Shown: positions 25,801 through 38,712, counted from the stretch's first letter. The stretch: 64,000 bases of DNA from Amoebophrya sp. A120 (GCA_905178155.1 CAJINV010000002.1:12651386-12715385), one strand, 5' to 3'. Translations and numbers: made by a program. The notes: generated from the sequence alone by a model not told the origin.

Positions 25801-27724
25801 GCGTTCATAGAAACCAACGGGTCTGGGTCCGCGATCAAACAATACCTGAAATTGCATTTCGGGACGGAGAGAAATAGGCTGCAAAACCTACCTGCAAAGT
25901 AGACTGCTTTGATCCGTGGGAAACGCGTAACAAAGTCGTGCGTACGACTCGAAGCTTTTCTAAGTCGTGCGAAAGATTTCAAAGCCCGAAAATCGGTTCA
26001 GCAAACGGCTTACGGCGGGCTTAAGTCGTGCGCACGACTTAAAGAGCTGTAAGTCCAGCGAACGAGTTAAAGTCCCGAAAGTAGGCCAGGGAGTTAAGAA
26101 CTGATGAGGTACTGCGCACATCCTTAAGTCGTGCGAACGACTTAAAATCCTTAAGTCGTGCGAACGACTTAAAATCCTTAAGTCGTGCGAAAGACTTAAA
26201 AAAAGCGGCAAGTCGAGCGAACGACTTAAAATCCTTAAGTCGTGCGAACGACTTAAAATCCTTAAGTCGTGCGAAAGACTTAAAAAAAGCGGCAAGTCGA
26301 GCGAACGACTTAAGAGCCTTAAGTCGTGCGAAAGACTTAAAAAAGCACCAATTCTTGCAAACGACTTGAAGCATCCTTAAGTCGTGCGACAGACTTAAAA
26401 AAACACCAAGTCTTGCGAAAGACTTAAGGCATCCTGAAGTCGCGCGAAAGACGACGTAAAAAAGCACCAAGTCTTGCGCAAGACTTAAAGCATCCTGAAG
26501 TCGTGCGAAAGACTTAAAAAAGCACCAAGTCGTGCGAACGACTTAAGATCCTTAAGTCGTGCGAAAGACTTAAAAAAGCACCAAGTCGTGCGAAAGACTT
26601 AAAATCCTTAAGTCGTGCGAAAGACTTAAAAAGCACAAAGTCGTGCAAAGGACTTAAAATCCTTAAGTCGTGCGAAAGACTTAAAAAAGCACCAAGTCGT
26701 GCGAACGACTTAAGATCCTTAAGTCGTGCGAACGACTTAGAGGCATCCCTAAGTCCTCGTGCGAACGACTTAAATGATTCTTAAGTAGTGCGAATGACTC
26801 AAAAAGCTGCAATAGCTGCACACAACTTATCCTTAAGTCGTGCACTGACCCACCGGCGCATACTTTCATATACCTTAAGTCGTTCGCACGACTTACTCTG
26901 GGTGCGACCTACGGCTACGTACATGCATCAACAACTTATTTACATGCCTCATATTGATTGTACTTGCACGCCCGTAACAGTAATTATTGGCAAAAACGAA
27001 AAATAAAACTTTTATTTATGTTGAAACACAAACGATACAAACGGTCCAGTATCTGGTCGTTTTCTCGGATGGTAAGCGGTGAGATGTGGAAGATCTTCAA
27101 TACGCCTACGATAGCCGATTTGCGCACGTAACCGTTACTGTCGCGGAGGCCCCCGACAGCTGCAGGCTCCAGGTACTCCATCATTTCCGGAAGGCGCAGC
27201 GAACACAGGCTGCGGAGCGCCAGCCCCCGAATCGTCGGGTCTTCGTCGCGACAATCTTTTTGAAGCGTGTTAATGGCCAGCAGCGTCAGCTCGCCGTTGG
27301 TCTCCGCATAGTTGCCCAAGTACAGGTAAATCATCTTTTTCTGCACCTGTTTGATTTTCATCGTGTACATGTCTAGAGCGTGGAAATATGTACACAGAGG
27401 TAAACTCCATCCATGGTAAACTGTAGTCAGTTCTCGAAAAAATTATGTGATCAAAACTGGAAATAGAAACTATGAGAGAGAGACGCAATCATCTAATACC
27501 AAATCCGTTGTGTGACTGGCCATAATTACATCGGGAAAGAGCCGCGACACGTCGATCCCAAGTGTCATGTATGCGATGACTTTTTTGATAGCATCCCGGC
27601 GCTTTTCGTCATTTTTCTCCGTGAGTACCTGTCGCAGCAGCTGCCTGAGTTCGTTTATCTCGCCCTTCTTGTCGAAGTAACCCCCACCCGAGGGGGCACT
27701 TGCGCCCGACCCGTCCCCCGACAT
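22819..27724 (-). CDS. AP4B1: Adaptor protein complex beta subunit, AP-4 beta-like
   Basis: KKVIAYMTLGIDVS, KKMIYLYLGNYA, INTLQKDCRDEDPTIRGLALRSLCSL, DIRDRALFYYRLL, EFNTLSVVY. GT-AG introns at 27347-27499, 25846-27038, 25360-25499, 24750-24879 and 24174-24314, plus the TIR element at 22986-23477 (EIG|GGPT). AP-4 rather than AP-1/2 is judged from N-terminal motifs. Confidence 0.88.
22986..23477. mobile_element. TIR introner-like element, family A, expanded by an internal minisatellite, TSD CCCTA
   Basis: Perfect TIR TATCAAATGCAAATATGTCTGGGTCTGGAA / TTCCAGACCCAGACATATTTGCATTTGATA. CCCTA at 22981-22985 and 23478-23482. Confidence 0.93.
23083..23415. repeat. ~30-bp minisatellite AAGTCCTGGTGGTCACCACGGAGCAA(A/G)A(A/G), about 11 copies
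   Basis: Directly visible tandem units, each with the quasi-palindrome GTGGT-C-ACCAC. Confidence 0.92.
25933..26896. repeat. Array of about 30 palindromic hairpin units TTAAGTCGT-GCGA-ACGACTTAA inside AP-4 beta intron 2
   Basis: Units of ~20-22 bp separated by 5-10 bp linkers that alternate between AATCC/GCATCC and AAAAGCACC/AAAAAGCGGC. The last copy (~26875-26895) is inverted. Confidence 0.95.
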
Positions 27725-28859
27725 AGTTGCTTCTTTTTACTATGAGGAAAATGAAAGAAAAAAATTACCGTCGTGATGAGTTGGAATACGTGGACTAATG
27801 TCTATCTGAAAACTGGAAAAAGAACAAATATAGTGTCTGAGCAAAAATCCAAATGCAACACACCGAACAGCAACAGAAAATCGCCGAAAAGAAGTTCTTG
27901 TCAGGAATCACTACTGATACTCAGAGCCATTGCGAAAAGTAGCAGTGGACCGAGACTAAAAACCAATCCGGTCGACGGAACCGCCCCACCGGGTGGGACG
28001 CTCAGCGCGCCAGTGGCGTGGTGCTTCTGCGGCGTCATCTATCCTGTCACCAAAATGAGTCAAAAAAGGCAAAATCGAAAGTCAAAAAGACGAAAGGCAA
28101 ATGCAAACTTCAAATTTGAGGATCAAATGTGCAAAGAACAAAGTGCTGCTGTCACGTTCTTGGGTCGGAGGCTGTGCCATAAACCAACTCTATCCTTGCG
28201 CGGCCTTCACTTCGGTCTTTCTAGTTCATGCGGATTATTTCTCTATTGCTTTTTGCGAAGCCGGCGTCAATACAATTCTCGCTTCTAACGCGAATTCATC
28301 ACGGGTTGACTTTTCGAAAGAGAGTGAAATCTTGTGTCTAAACTACCGAGAAGAATGTTTTGCACATTCTCCGCTTTCAAAAAATCCTATGAGTCTTGTT
28401 TTTTTCTAACGCATATCGAAGCAAGGAAGATTTGCTTTTCATGTCCTCATGCACGGTAAAGCGCTGCCGTCTCCGTTAGTTGCCAGCTTAACCCGCGCGC
28501 CCGGTTCCACCCTGCAAGTCAATCTACTCCCGCCGCCTCATCACGCGTTGAATTCACTGAGGTCTAGAGGACCATCCAAGTGCGCAGTCAGCTTCTGCTG
28601 AATGTATTCGTTTGAAGCCACTTGTAAGGGTGTGCGTCGCGAATTGTCTTCCTGATCAACGATTATGTCCGTTTGCCGGAGGAGCACGTCGACCTAAAAG
28701 TGTGTTTAGTCGGTTGAGAAGCGACGACGCCACTGTCGAACGACGGATGATACATATTTTTCGATCAAAGTGCCAACATGAACATCCCGGGCAGAGATAT
28801 TACCCCCGGTAAAGTCAATCAGACCTACTTGCCGCCGCAAAGAAACAAAACATTCAACT

Positions 28860-29365
28860 CACCACTGACGTCGCGTCGGCGCGGCAGGCAAAGTGCAAGG
28901 GCGTGGACCCGCCCGTGGTGGTTGCGTTCACGTCTGCCTTCTGGTAAAGCAGCTCCTCCACAATGCCGCGGTGGTTTTTCTCGCACGCAATGTGAAGCGG
29001 CGTTCGCGACAGGGCGTTCCGCGCATCAATGCTAAAGTTGTTCACCGCAGCCGTGTTCGCCGGCATTCCACCACCCGGGTTGTTGATGGCGGAAGTTCCA
29101 GTTCCGGCGTGCTGCGCCGCCGCGACCTGCTGCTGTTGGTCTGGACTGTTTATGGCCGCGAGCACTAGCTTCAGTAGGTCCGGACATCCGAGAAAGGCAA
29201 ACCGGTGCAGCGTCGAATTTCCGGACTCGGCGTCAAACAGGAGCAGGTTGAGGTCGTACTGCTGCAGGAGTCTGCGGATCTTTGCCAGGTTCGGCTCCTG
29301 CAGAAAAAAATTGTTAAAACAAAAATCTCTGGCTCTCCCGCACCGGGCAACAGGCCCGTGCCATT
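28860..29365 (-). CDS. Ankyrin-repeat protein (partial model)
   Basis: GNSTLHRFAFLGCPDLLKLVL, RTPLHIACEKNHRGIVEELL and GSTPLHFACRAD. Acceptor TTTTCTGCAG near 29298 and donor GTGAGT near 28862. Both termini are unresolved. Confidence 0.75.
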
Positions 29366-29872
29366 GGTAGACGTAGTCGTACTTTTGGTTATTTATAACG
29401 AAAAATGTGGCAGATGTGGGCAGCATCTGCTAGTAAAACTACTTCTCGCACAGAAATTCGTCGCACATAACGTAGAATATGTGACCACACTCACCTCTCG
29501 CCAAACTTCGATGGCTACTGCACGCTGATACTCCGGTGGGGCTTAGGTTATGAACTCGAAAAGAGCAAACGTCTTCTGCTCGCGGTCGCCGCGGCGTTTG
29601 ATGTAACAACTGATGCAATTATGGTTCCTTGTTTTCATTTTCGCTTTCTTTTTGGTTGCACAAGAGGAACTCGTCTAGCGCACAAAAAACTAGTGTGTCA
29701 AATGAGGCACCCAATGGCACACGTATTTTACAATGCCAATCGCTGCGGCAGCGCAGTCACCCCTTCACAGACAGTCTGACAACTCAAAAATATGACATCA
29801 CTCACAAGCCCCTGCAAAGTCTCGCGGCTTTATTGCTCTGTGATAACTAGACTTTGTTTTTCCAGGGCATAG

Positions 29873-30191
29873 TATCAAAATGAAAAATCCCCCCACCCCA
29901 CATCAAAACGAAGTCTGTGATGCTGGATTTGCGTGCACAAATCAGATTTGTCTTGCTTGAGAAGACTGCAGGCCCCTGCCAAGCCTGAGTAGAGAGGTTT
30001 TGGCCTAGGCGATTAGCATGAGAAACGTCTATGCTGTAGGTCCAACAGCATGACAAACCGCCTGCATAATGCGGCAGAGCCTGTAGAGTTGTCTTCTTGC
30101 AAGACAGACGTGATTTGTGGTCTCAAATCAGCAAGACAAATTTTTGGAAACATACCGTTTCATATGGGGGGGGGGGGGTTTCCTCTCGATA
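29873..30191. mobile_element. TIR introner-like element, family C (C-tract/G-tract TIR), TSD CATAG
   Basis: TATCAAAATGAAAAATCCCCCCACCCCACATCAAAACG versus right end CGTTTCATAT(G-run)TTTCCTCTCGATA (imperfect). CATAG at 29868-29872 and 30192-30196. Confidence 0.8.
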
Positions 30192-30248
30192 CATAGTTCG
30201 TGTGTTCTGCTCTTTGTCCTCCTCCACGAGTAAGATGCGGGGCACGGC

Positions 30249-30527
30249 TATCCTGAGTAAAAACGTACCCACACCAGAGTTGTAATGCAGATTTGCAAAG
30301 ACAGGAAGGCTTGCAATGCGCATCCCCATGAGAGCCATTTCCAATCGTGTTTTGGAATTTGTGATGCTGTGAACAGGATGAGTAGCTGGATTTGTGATGC
30401 GGCTGCACTTGCTAACCTGCACTACACTGCAGAGTTCAACTTGTCATGCGTGACTCACAAAACTCCTAGGTTTGTGTTGCAAAATCCTCATCCTAACTCT
30501 GGTGTGGGTACGTTTTTACTCAGGATA
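30249..30527. mobile_element. TIR introner-like element, family D, TSD ACGGC
   Basis: Perfect TIR TATCCTGAGTAAAAACGTACCCACACCAGAGTT / AACTCTGGTGTGGGTACGTTTTTACTCAGGATA. ACGGC at 30244-30248 and 30528-30532. Confidence 0.92.
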
Positions 30528-31286
30528 ACGGCGTTGCTGGGGCTCGCGGGACTGTTTTCACTGCTGCCACGTTCCATGATTTGCTTTTTGATTTTACTGC
30601 GGCGGCTCCTTACCTGCAGTTAACTGCCCGAAAGATATATCCCTGATCGGGTGTGTGCGCCACGCCTCTCGAGACAATTGCTAACCCTCTTCGCACCGAA
30701 GGCCGAAAGTCCTTTGAGAATCTTCAGAGCCGCACGGATGAGGGCAGCACAGATGAAAGCACAAGATTAAGACACCGCTGCTCTCTCGCTCGATCTCTGA
30801 TGGTGTCTGATGAATGTAGTCAACATTACATGATCCTGCGAAAGCAGAGCCTGTAGTAAATCTTCGCGCATTTACAGTCCTGAACTGCTGTGCCCAGAAG
30901 TAGAACACAATCCAAAATCACGACAGAGAGATTTCACACGTAGTCGTTCACAAGCTGATGCATTGCTAGCGACGAAAAATTGATACTCCTGAGAAGACAA
31001 AGTACTAGGAGCGTCGAGTTTTCCTTTCGAAAAATCTGCGGAAGGGGAATCACGTTTCAAGACTGAGCAATAGCTCCTGATCGACAAGCTTAAAATCACC
31101 ACACCGGGTGTTGATTCAAATCCTTGTCTGCAACTGATTGGGAATAATATTTGATGCTGTAGTCCAGGATCGTACAGAAAGAAAATGATACATACGGACA
31201 AGAAGCTTTGCACAGAAATGCTTCTTGCGAATCGCATCCGCCCGGAAGGAAAACAAACTCTTGGGGAAAACAGAAACTATTCGTTG

Positions 31287-34200
31287 TCAACCGAAACTGA
31301 AGATTCCTCCGTTGGTAGATTTTGAGAGCGTCACCTTGACATCGCCCGAGCTGGTGACTTTACTTTTTGGGTTGTCTGTCGAGTCGTGACTGGGATAAGT
31401 CGTGACAGAGTCGGCCGACCCGTCTTGCTGCTTCCCAGAAGGCGAAGTCTGCTTGGCTAGTGTTGCAGACACCAAATCTCCGAACGCCGCCAGGTCGCCG
31501 TCGCTTGCCCCGCCGCCGGAATCCGCGCGCAACGACGCGACTGCCGCTTTTTTTCCCGCGGACTCCGCGACAATTGAGGCGTCCTTCTTGAGCTGTTGCT
31601 GCTCTTTTTTCTCCTTACTTTTCTCCTCTCGCAGCGACTTTTCCTCCTTCGGTGGCTTGACTTCCTCCTTCGGCAGCTTCATTTCTTGTTCCTTAGCCGG
31701 CTTCAATATTTCCTCCTTGTTCATCCCAAACTTCTTCTTCGACGAAGCTCCCTCCGGCTCGATTTGCGCCGCCTTACTCGTCTTGCCGGGTCCCGCGCGC
31801 GAGGACGTGGACTCTTGTTGCGCTGGAACGGCCGCTGCGGCACCACCGACCTGCGAGGAGCGATCACCGGCGCCGCCCAACTGCGATCCCGGCAGAAAGA
31901 ACGACCGTCGGGGCCGCCCCAGTGGGGATGTCGCTGGTGGGTTCGGCGGCGGGGTCGTGGTGGGAACGACCTTTGGCGGAACAACAAGCTCGTCGTCCTC
32001 CTCACCGTTGCTGCGCTTGCACCGACCTACACAAAACATGACTGCGCACCCGGCTACCGCCAGCATGAAACCGAATATGAAGGCGGCGGTGAGCAGCGCC
32101 GAAGCATTATTGCCTGACCCGGACGTTGCATCCTTCTCACCTACGGTTTCCTCACCTCCCGACGCGCCAAGAATGTCGGTCCCTGGGACGGGGGAACTGT
32201 TGTGTGCCTCCCGCAGAGCTCTTTGCGTGGGAGTGCTCTCCAAACTTCTATTTGTCGTGGCAGGTGAAGCACTAGCTGCATTATTTGCGCTGTTTCCGGT
32301 GCCTTGCTCCGTGCCGTCTGTAGTGTGTACAAAGATGAAAAATTTGTCAATTTTCTGTAGCTGATACAGTCGAACGATCAGTGTTGAGATTGCCTGACTA
32401 GCAATCACGTAGCAGGAAGGAAACAATGTCTTGTTACAGCGTCCCAGCGACGCGTTATCTGTGCCACGAGCAGGACTTCTACTCAGAAATCCCTTTCACC
32501 CCGGACACTATTTTTGGATGCATGTGTGTATAAATATGATGCACTTCTTTGTTCGGAAGAAAAAAAACATTTACGCGTAGCTGCTTCGCCCGGGATTTTG
32601 CTGCTACTTTCATCATTCGAAACCACATCGGTGCCACTCTTGGTCGTCGTGGTGCTGCTAGCAGTCGTGGCTTGGCAGGTCGTGCCAACTAGAGTATACC
32701 CTGCGCCACAGGCGGTGCAACCGCGTGACACACCATCAAATACGCACCGCGCACCTGTCAACGGTGTGCCAGGCTCGCACGCACAGACATTCTCCACACA
32801 AGCACCGTGCTCATCTTTGTGATATCCGATCTCGCAGCCACTGCAAATTCGAACGCCGTTAACTTCGCACGTCCCGGTCGCGCCCGGAACCGGAACTCCG
32901 TTCACGCAAGTGCAAGTGTTGTCCCATCCGCACTTCCCATCTTCGCCCTTCCTATATCCAGTGTCGCAACTATGGCACATTTCGGTGCCATCCGCTTCGC
33001 ACGCCGCTCCCGTCGCAGGGGTTCCGTTGTAGCACGTACACATGTTCTGCTCGCACCTAAAGGCGTCGGACAAATGATATCCACGAGCGCTGCACGCGGT
33101 GCACTTTTCCACCGTTTCATCGATATCACAGCCGACCCCCTCTGCTGGCACGCCGTGCGGGCAGCGGCAGCGCGCAAGAATGCATTCGTCGAGGCCTCCG
33201 TCGTGAGCAGCCGATAGGTGGTATCCGGCGGTCGCACAAGTCTGGCAGCCAACCGTGGTGCCATCTGGCGCACAGTCCGGTCCCGTTGCGCTTGTTCCCT
33301 GCGGGCACGTGCACTCGTTTACCGCACAGGTGAACTTATTGGGCAACGCAGCGGAGCTCGTGGAGTGGTAGCCGGAATGGCACTTATCCTCCTCGCAGCC
33401 ATGCGTGTTGCCGTCTGCGCTGCAGCCGCCCCCGGTCTCCGGCTGGCCGTGCGCGCACTTGCAACGATGCAGCGGACACGTGATGGATTCGGTGTGGCCG
33501 TCGTCAAAATCGCAGTGTAGCCCGTTCCACGTGGCGACTACCGTTTGCGTGTAGGTTCGAGTCAACCTCTCCCCATTTCCAGTACACGAGGTCCGCAGTT
33601 CATCCAGGGTCGCGCTCCATTCGCCGACACAGTTTCTCGCAGTTGTTGTTGTAGTTGTGGTCGAATGGAGGCCACTCTCTTGACAACCCGCACGAACGGC
33701 CCTTAGCTCGTAATCCCGGTACTCCTGGCTCTGGTGCCCACTTTCATTTGCGGCGCAGTGCTGCGTCAGTGCGTCAAACATCTGATTGATCTTGCTGACG
33801 GAAGCTTGATCGAACTTTTTCTTGCTCTGCGGGAGTCCGCTTGTGTTCTGGATCCACGCGGGTGCGCACGTGTCGCTCTCCGTTTCCTTGCAAACTCGTC
33901 CCATGGAGAAGTAGGGTATAAAGACGTCGTGGGGAAGGTATTTCATGCGACCGTTGGCGCGCTCTGCTTGCTCGCACCGTGATCCGGCCTCCTCTTGGTG
34001 CAGGGATTCGCAAACGCCGTGCGAATACATCCACAAGGTGTCGCGCTTCTCGCGACAAGCACCCGTGTCGCTGCATGTTGCAGCTTTATTGCGCATTTCC
34101 TTTCGCAAAAAAGAACTGTGTCGCGTGGTCGAAGGCTTGTGCACGATCCGGTCCTGCAAAAAACTTTTCTTGTTCGCAGCAAAGTGCGGCGTCGGGCCGA

Positions 34201-34384
34201 TGCGGCGGGCCGGCGGGCGTACTGCTGCGGCATTGCGGCGGCCACGGAGCGTGCTTTTCGTTGACCCGCGATCCGTTCGAGACGAGTAGGCACGGACAGT
34301 AGCGTCGTCCCGGAGCGCAAGGATCGCCAGCACTCGAGAAATCCAAAGCGCGTTCGTGCGCGCGGGGCAGCGCAGAACCGGCAT
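31287..34384 (-). CDS. Type I membrane protein with a TSP1-like domain and ~6 Cys-rich repeats (adhesin-like)
   Basis: N-terminal hydrophobic stretch, TSP1/spondin-like NCVGEWS...RTYTQ...NGLHC, repeats of C-x-C-x-(H/N)G-x-P...C...C-x2-C-x2-GYH, GT-AG intron at 32318-32574, TM segment ALLTAAFIFGFMLAVAGCAVMFCV and a low-complexity tail. Confidence 0.8.
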
Positions 34385-35494
34385 ACCCAAGCCTTTTTGA
34401 GTCGACTAGACGCTAGAACGATGGCGCTTGCTTACAATGGGTGGTTACCCGCGGCAGCAAATCATACGTTCTATCGAACCACGCGAGTCGCTTGTGCATT
34501 GTACAACATGAAGGAAAATGCCTCATCGATTTTCACAAACAACCTCAACTCAAAAACTAGTAAGTGCGCCTATTTTTCGTGTAGAAAATAGCAACAGGGG
34601 GTAGCAAGAGGTGCCGGGGGCAACATTATGGCCAGTAATTGGGCGACTCTTTTCAGGGCAATGGAATTCTCCACGGCCGGCAACCTAGGGAGGCTGCTTT
34701 TTCAGAACTACACGGTGTTTGGCGCCGGGTCACGATACAAAGCCTCCTGTTTTAAAAATATCGTTTTGTCTTTCCACGATGAAATGAATGGTTGCAATAA
34801 GAATGACGAAACGCATCAAAGGCAAAACGTGGACGAAAGTTGCAACGATCATTTGGCAGACGACTTGGACGAGTTGTAACGGGCACGGGAAACATGAACG
34901 CAGACGATTTGCTTTTGGCTTCGATTAACCATTCAGGACAGTGTTTGTTTACTGAAGTTGCTTGTATGTTTCAGCGAACTCGTCGATTTCGGTTGGAGGT
35001 TTGCCATCTTCTCACAACGACATTAGAGCTTGTGCAAGAAAGACACGACGTAGCTACAGCGCCTGGGACTCGGACGTGAGAAAAACATCATCATCGTCTA
35101 TCCTGCACTGAAAACATTTCTTCCGTCCGTGATTTTCGTGATCGAAGACGTTTTTCGGCACTTGCGAGGACGAAGGCTTTGTTCGTCCCTGATCTTCGTG
35201 GTCAAACAAAAAAGGGCACAGTATGTAGTGATTCACGATCGATGTTTCGGTGGTTCTTGTCACCCCCACGCAGGCCTGAGAACCGCAAAATGGAAAATCA
35301 TCAACCTTGAAACATTCACAATCGCAACCAACAAGAACAGAAGCGGATGCAAGAGAGACCACTTCGCAATTGATAGTATCTATGAGATGAATTTTGTGCC
35401 TGGTTGCTTGGTCTTCATGCTTAGTATTTTACGAAAAGTAGGAAGCAAGTAGGGAGAAAGAAAAAGAGAGAGAGCTTTCTTCTCTGGTACTGGT

Positions 35495-38238
35495 ACTGGT
35501 GGCGAAGCGCGAGCGCCACGCGGGCGGAGGGGCACCGACCAGAAGGGTCAGAAGACGTGCCTTTTTTCGATGGGTAAAAGAGGGCTAAGCCCGCAAGCAA
35601 AACTTCGGCGGGCCCCCGACCACAAAGATCCTGGTTGTGCGTGAACGCTCCAAAAGGACCAAAAAGCGGAAGGGAGTCGAATAATGTACAGCTCTCAAAA
35701 ACCCGACGTCCTTATGTTCTTCTTTCTTATACTCCCAACGGTGGCAGCAACACCAGGAGTCCACACGTACTGAAAGAGCAACGCGCAGCTACGCGTGCAT
35801 TTTCAGGCGCGCATCGCCGGTCATCCACAAGCGGAGACCAAACATTAAAATAACTATCATCATACCAGCCAAAAAATATTCTCCTACCGTGCACGGGTAG
35901 TGTAGGACGTGGGGCACAGTGCTACATAAACGAGCAAGAAACTCCTAGGGCAATCGCCCGATATACGAGCAAGAAGCCCGGAAGGCACCCGCCCGGCCAC
36001 CTTCGCTGGCGCACTTGCCGCCAGTCCGTTCGCCGCCGCCCTCGCTCTGGAACCCGCGGGCCCCTTTCCCTACCGGCGAGGCCCCCCAAGCCCGGCCGGC
36101 GGGGCTATCCCGGCGCGATCGCCGAAGGTGTTCACGCTCCCTTGCGGGTGCCTTCAACGCTCGGGGGCCGGTCCCAGCAAAGCCCGGCGATGCGGCCCGA
36201 GCCTTTCATGCTGGGTTGCCTCCGCCTTCGGACACCGGGCGCCGGGGCCGCAAGCTGGCGGCCGTCGGGGACCGAGCCCCGGGGCCGTCGAGGACCGGGC
36301 GCCTTGAGGAATTGGGGCCGCAAGCTGGCGCGCCGAAGTCTCGGGCAAAGGTGCCGTAGTCCTACGCACGGTCGCCGGGGCCCCCGGCCCGGTCTGTAGC
36401 GCCACCGCCGCAAGCCCGCTCGCCGGCGCCCCCGCCCGAATCGCGATCGCCGGTGCTCCCGCCCGAGCCCCGGCTTGCTAGCGCTCTCGCAGGCGTCCGA
36501 AGTCCGGGCCACGGCGCGCCACGTTGTCGGCGGCGCCGCCCCAAACCCGGTCTTTTCCAAAAGCGCCTTCGCCACGACCGAAGGCCCCGCCCGACCGCCG
36601 GCTCCGCCGCCCCAAGGCCCGGGCTCCGGCGATGCCGCAAGGGGCCCGCATCAGAGGTCCGGTCGGAAGAGCCCCCCTCAATAGTACCCCGATGGCATCA
36701 AGGCCCGGCCTCCAAGAGTGCCAACCCTTTCGGCGGATGCCTGGAGTGGCGATGGTGGCTGACCCCTACCCCACCGAGTCCGCTGGGGAAGCCTACTATG
36801 ATTGTGCATGGGGAATCGATTTCCCATCGACTGCAGGGGCCTGGATGCACAGGCGGCCGAGCCCCGGAGGCCACAGGAGGGGATGAAGGGGCCCATGCGG
36901 GGGGGGGGGGGTCTGATTTTCAGGAAGTCAGCCCTTCTCGATTTTCGGAATTTCAAAAAGGCCACCAATTTGCAAGATGCAAGGTATTTAATATTCAATA
37001 TACATCATTAACCTAAAAAGGCTCATCATATGCATGAAAACGCATCTGGTCGGGTGACTTCTTCAATGGTTTTTCATAGACCAAATTTTTAATAAAATTC
37101 CAAAAATTTTGAATATGTGATATTTTCCAAGTTGGAAGACAAAACAAACATCACAGACTGCATATATGCAATAACTTAGCGTCTTGGCTTAGCTGTAATA
37201 TCCATCAGGTTCCATCTTCTAAAAAATTTTCAATATTTTTTATTTTCAAAATTTTAACAAATTTCCGAAGTGGAATTTTTTAGAAGTTGCCATGTGATTT
37301 TACATATCTCACTAAATATATTTAATATATATCACGCAGGCTTGCTGTGAGTGATAAAATTGAAGGAAAATCCCTTAAATTTGGAGGACGCTGAAAAAAT
37401 CACATTTTTGAATTTTTCAAAAATTTTAGGTGATGCCTCTTATCAAGTGTTTTTTTTTTGTGTGTCGTAATATAGCCGAGTACTAATCCAGTCTAGTCAC
37501 TGCAAATGTATTATTCTATAAATCTTTTAAATAGTTTATTTATAATTTCAAGTTTTCAAAATTTTTTCATTTTTTGCGAAATGTCAATTTGATAAAATTT
37601 TGGAGCATCAATAATATAGAACTAATATAATTTGCAATATAGTGCATGTGTCTTGCTTTTCAATGCCATATGTTTGCCTTTTTCCACAGATTTTGGGAAT
37701 TTTCCAAAGGTAGTGGTTTTTTGAAAATTTTTCAGAATTTTCAGGATCCTCTAAAATTTTCATAGAGGATGAATAATATAGGGAAGCCGGAAGCAATATG
37801 GAATATTCTGGCAGTCTATAAGTCTGGGCAAGTTGGCTAGTAACAGTGAACCTCTAAGATGGATAATCTGGAAAGTGGTGGGCTTTGTAAACCTCCGAGA
37901 TCTGAAGATGTCATATGTTGCTTCTCCTGCCCTCCCCTGCCACGTCCCTTCTTTCCCTTCGACTTTCGCGGAAGCGCCTGTGCTTAATGCTCTTAATCTA
38001 GGCGCTGGAGCCTCTCCTCCGCGTCCGGAAGCGGTGGGAGCCCGGGAATCGCCGCACCCGGCTTCGCACCCCATCGCCCCTGAACACGACCGCGGAAAGG
38101 GCATGTCCGCAGGCGGCGGCGGAGCGCCGCCGAGGCAGCGATTCCCGATGGCCGGGGACCGGTCGCACTACCACCGTTTTGCTCTATCGAACGGGGGTCC
38201 GGCCAGCCGGCGGGGGCCGGGCGGCGGCCGCGCGGTGG
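35495..38238. other. Non-coding GC-rich / AT-rich / GC-rich mosaic, probably repeat-derived
   Basis: Very GC-rich ~35980-36910, strongly AT-rich with recurrent AAATTTT ~36950-37800, GC-rich again ~37920-38238. No credible ORF. Confidence 0.45.
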
Positions 38239-38417
38239 CTTTATTTATTGCTGTTCTAGCTTACTGTGGTGATACTTATCCACTGTGGTGCCGGATGTAG
38301 ACCTTCTGGCCACGCGAGAAGACGACCGCGAGCCTGCGGGCGAAGACTGCTTCGCGACACGTCGGAGGGCGCCGCGATCTCTCCAGACACCGAGATCCAA
38401 CGCAACGGGGGAGGGCC
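38239..38417. repeat. Split direct repeat A1 (179 bp)
   Basis: CTTTATTTATTGCTGTTCTAG...GGGGGAGGGCC, repeated at 46254-46432. Confidence 0.95.
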
Positions 38418-38712
38418 GCTCTGCGCAACCTCCTCAGACAACACACGACCGACGACAAAACCGCCTTCGCCTGCGAGCACGAGATCTACGAGCGCCGCGA
38501 TAGAACCAGACAAACTGACTATCGGCACTCAAAGGCCTACAACCAACACCACGACCTCTTCACACAATACTGCACCCATGACCAAGAGCACTGCTATACA
38601 CGCAAGTACCGCCACACAATCACAAGATCAAAAAAAAAACACAAAAAGACATGATAAAAGCACAATCCTATAGTAGCAATTCTTGCTATCTGTGCACAGT
38701 GATGCAACACGA

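Noticed and set aside
26071-26115. Hammerhead-like cores CGAAA ... CTGATGAG with a possible stem II (AGTCCC/GGTACT)
   Set aside because: I could not form stem III, an NUH cleavage triplet or a credible stem I. An Infernal hammerhead search would settle it.
25933-26896. CRISPR-like appearance of the palindromic array
   Set aside because: Linkers are only 5-10 bp and themselves repeated, there are no cas genes, and the context is a eukaryotic intron.
35945-37016. Cluster of Arg/Gly/Pro-rich ORFs on both strands
   Set aside because: Expected by chance in very GC-rich DNA; no domain motifs.
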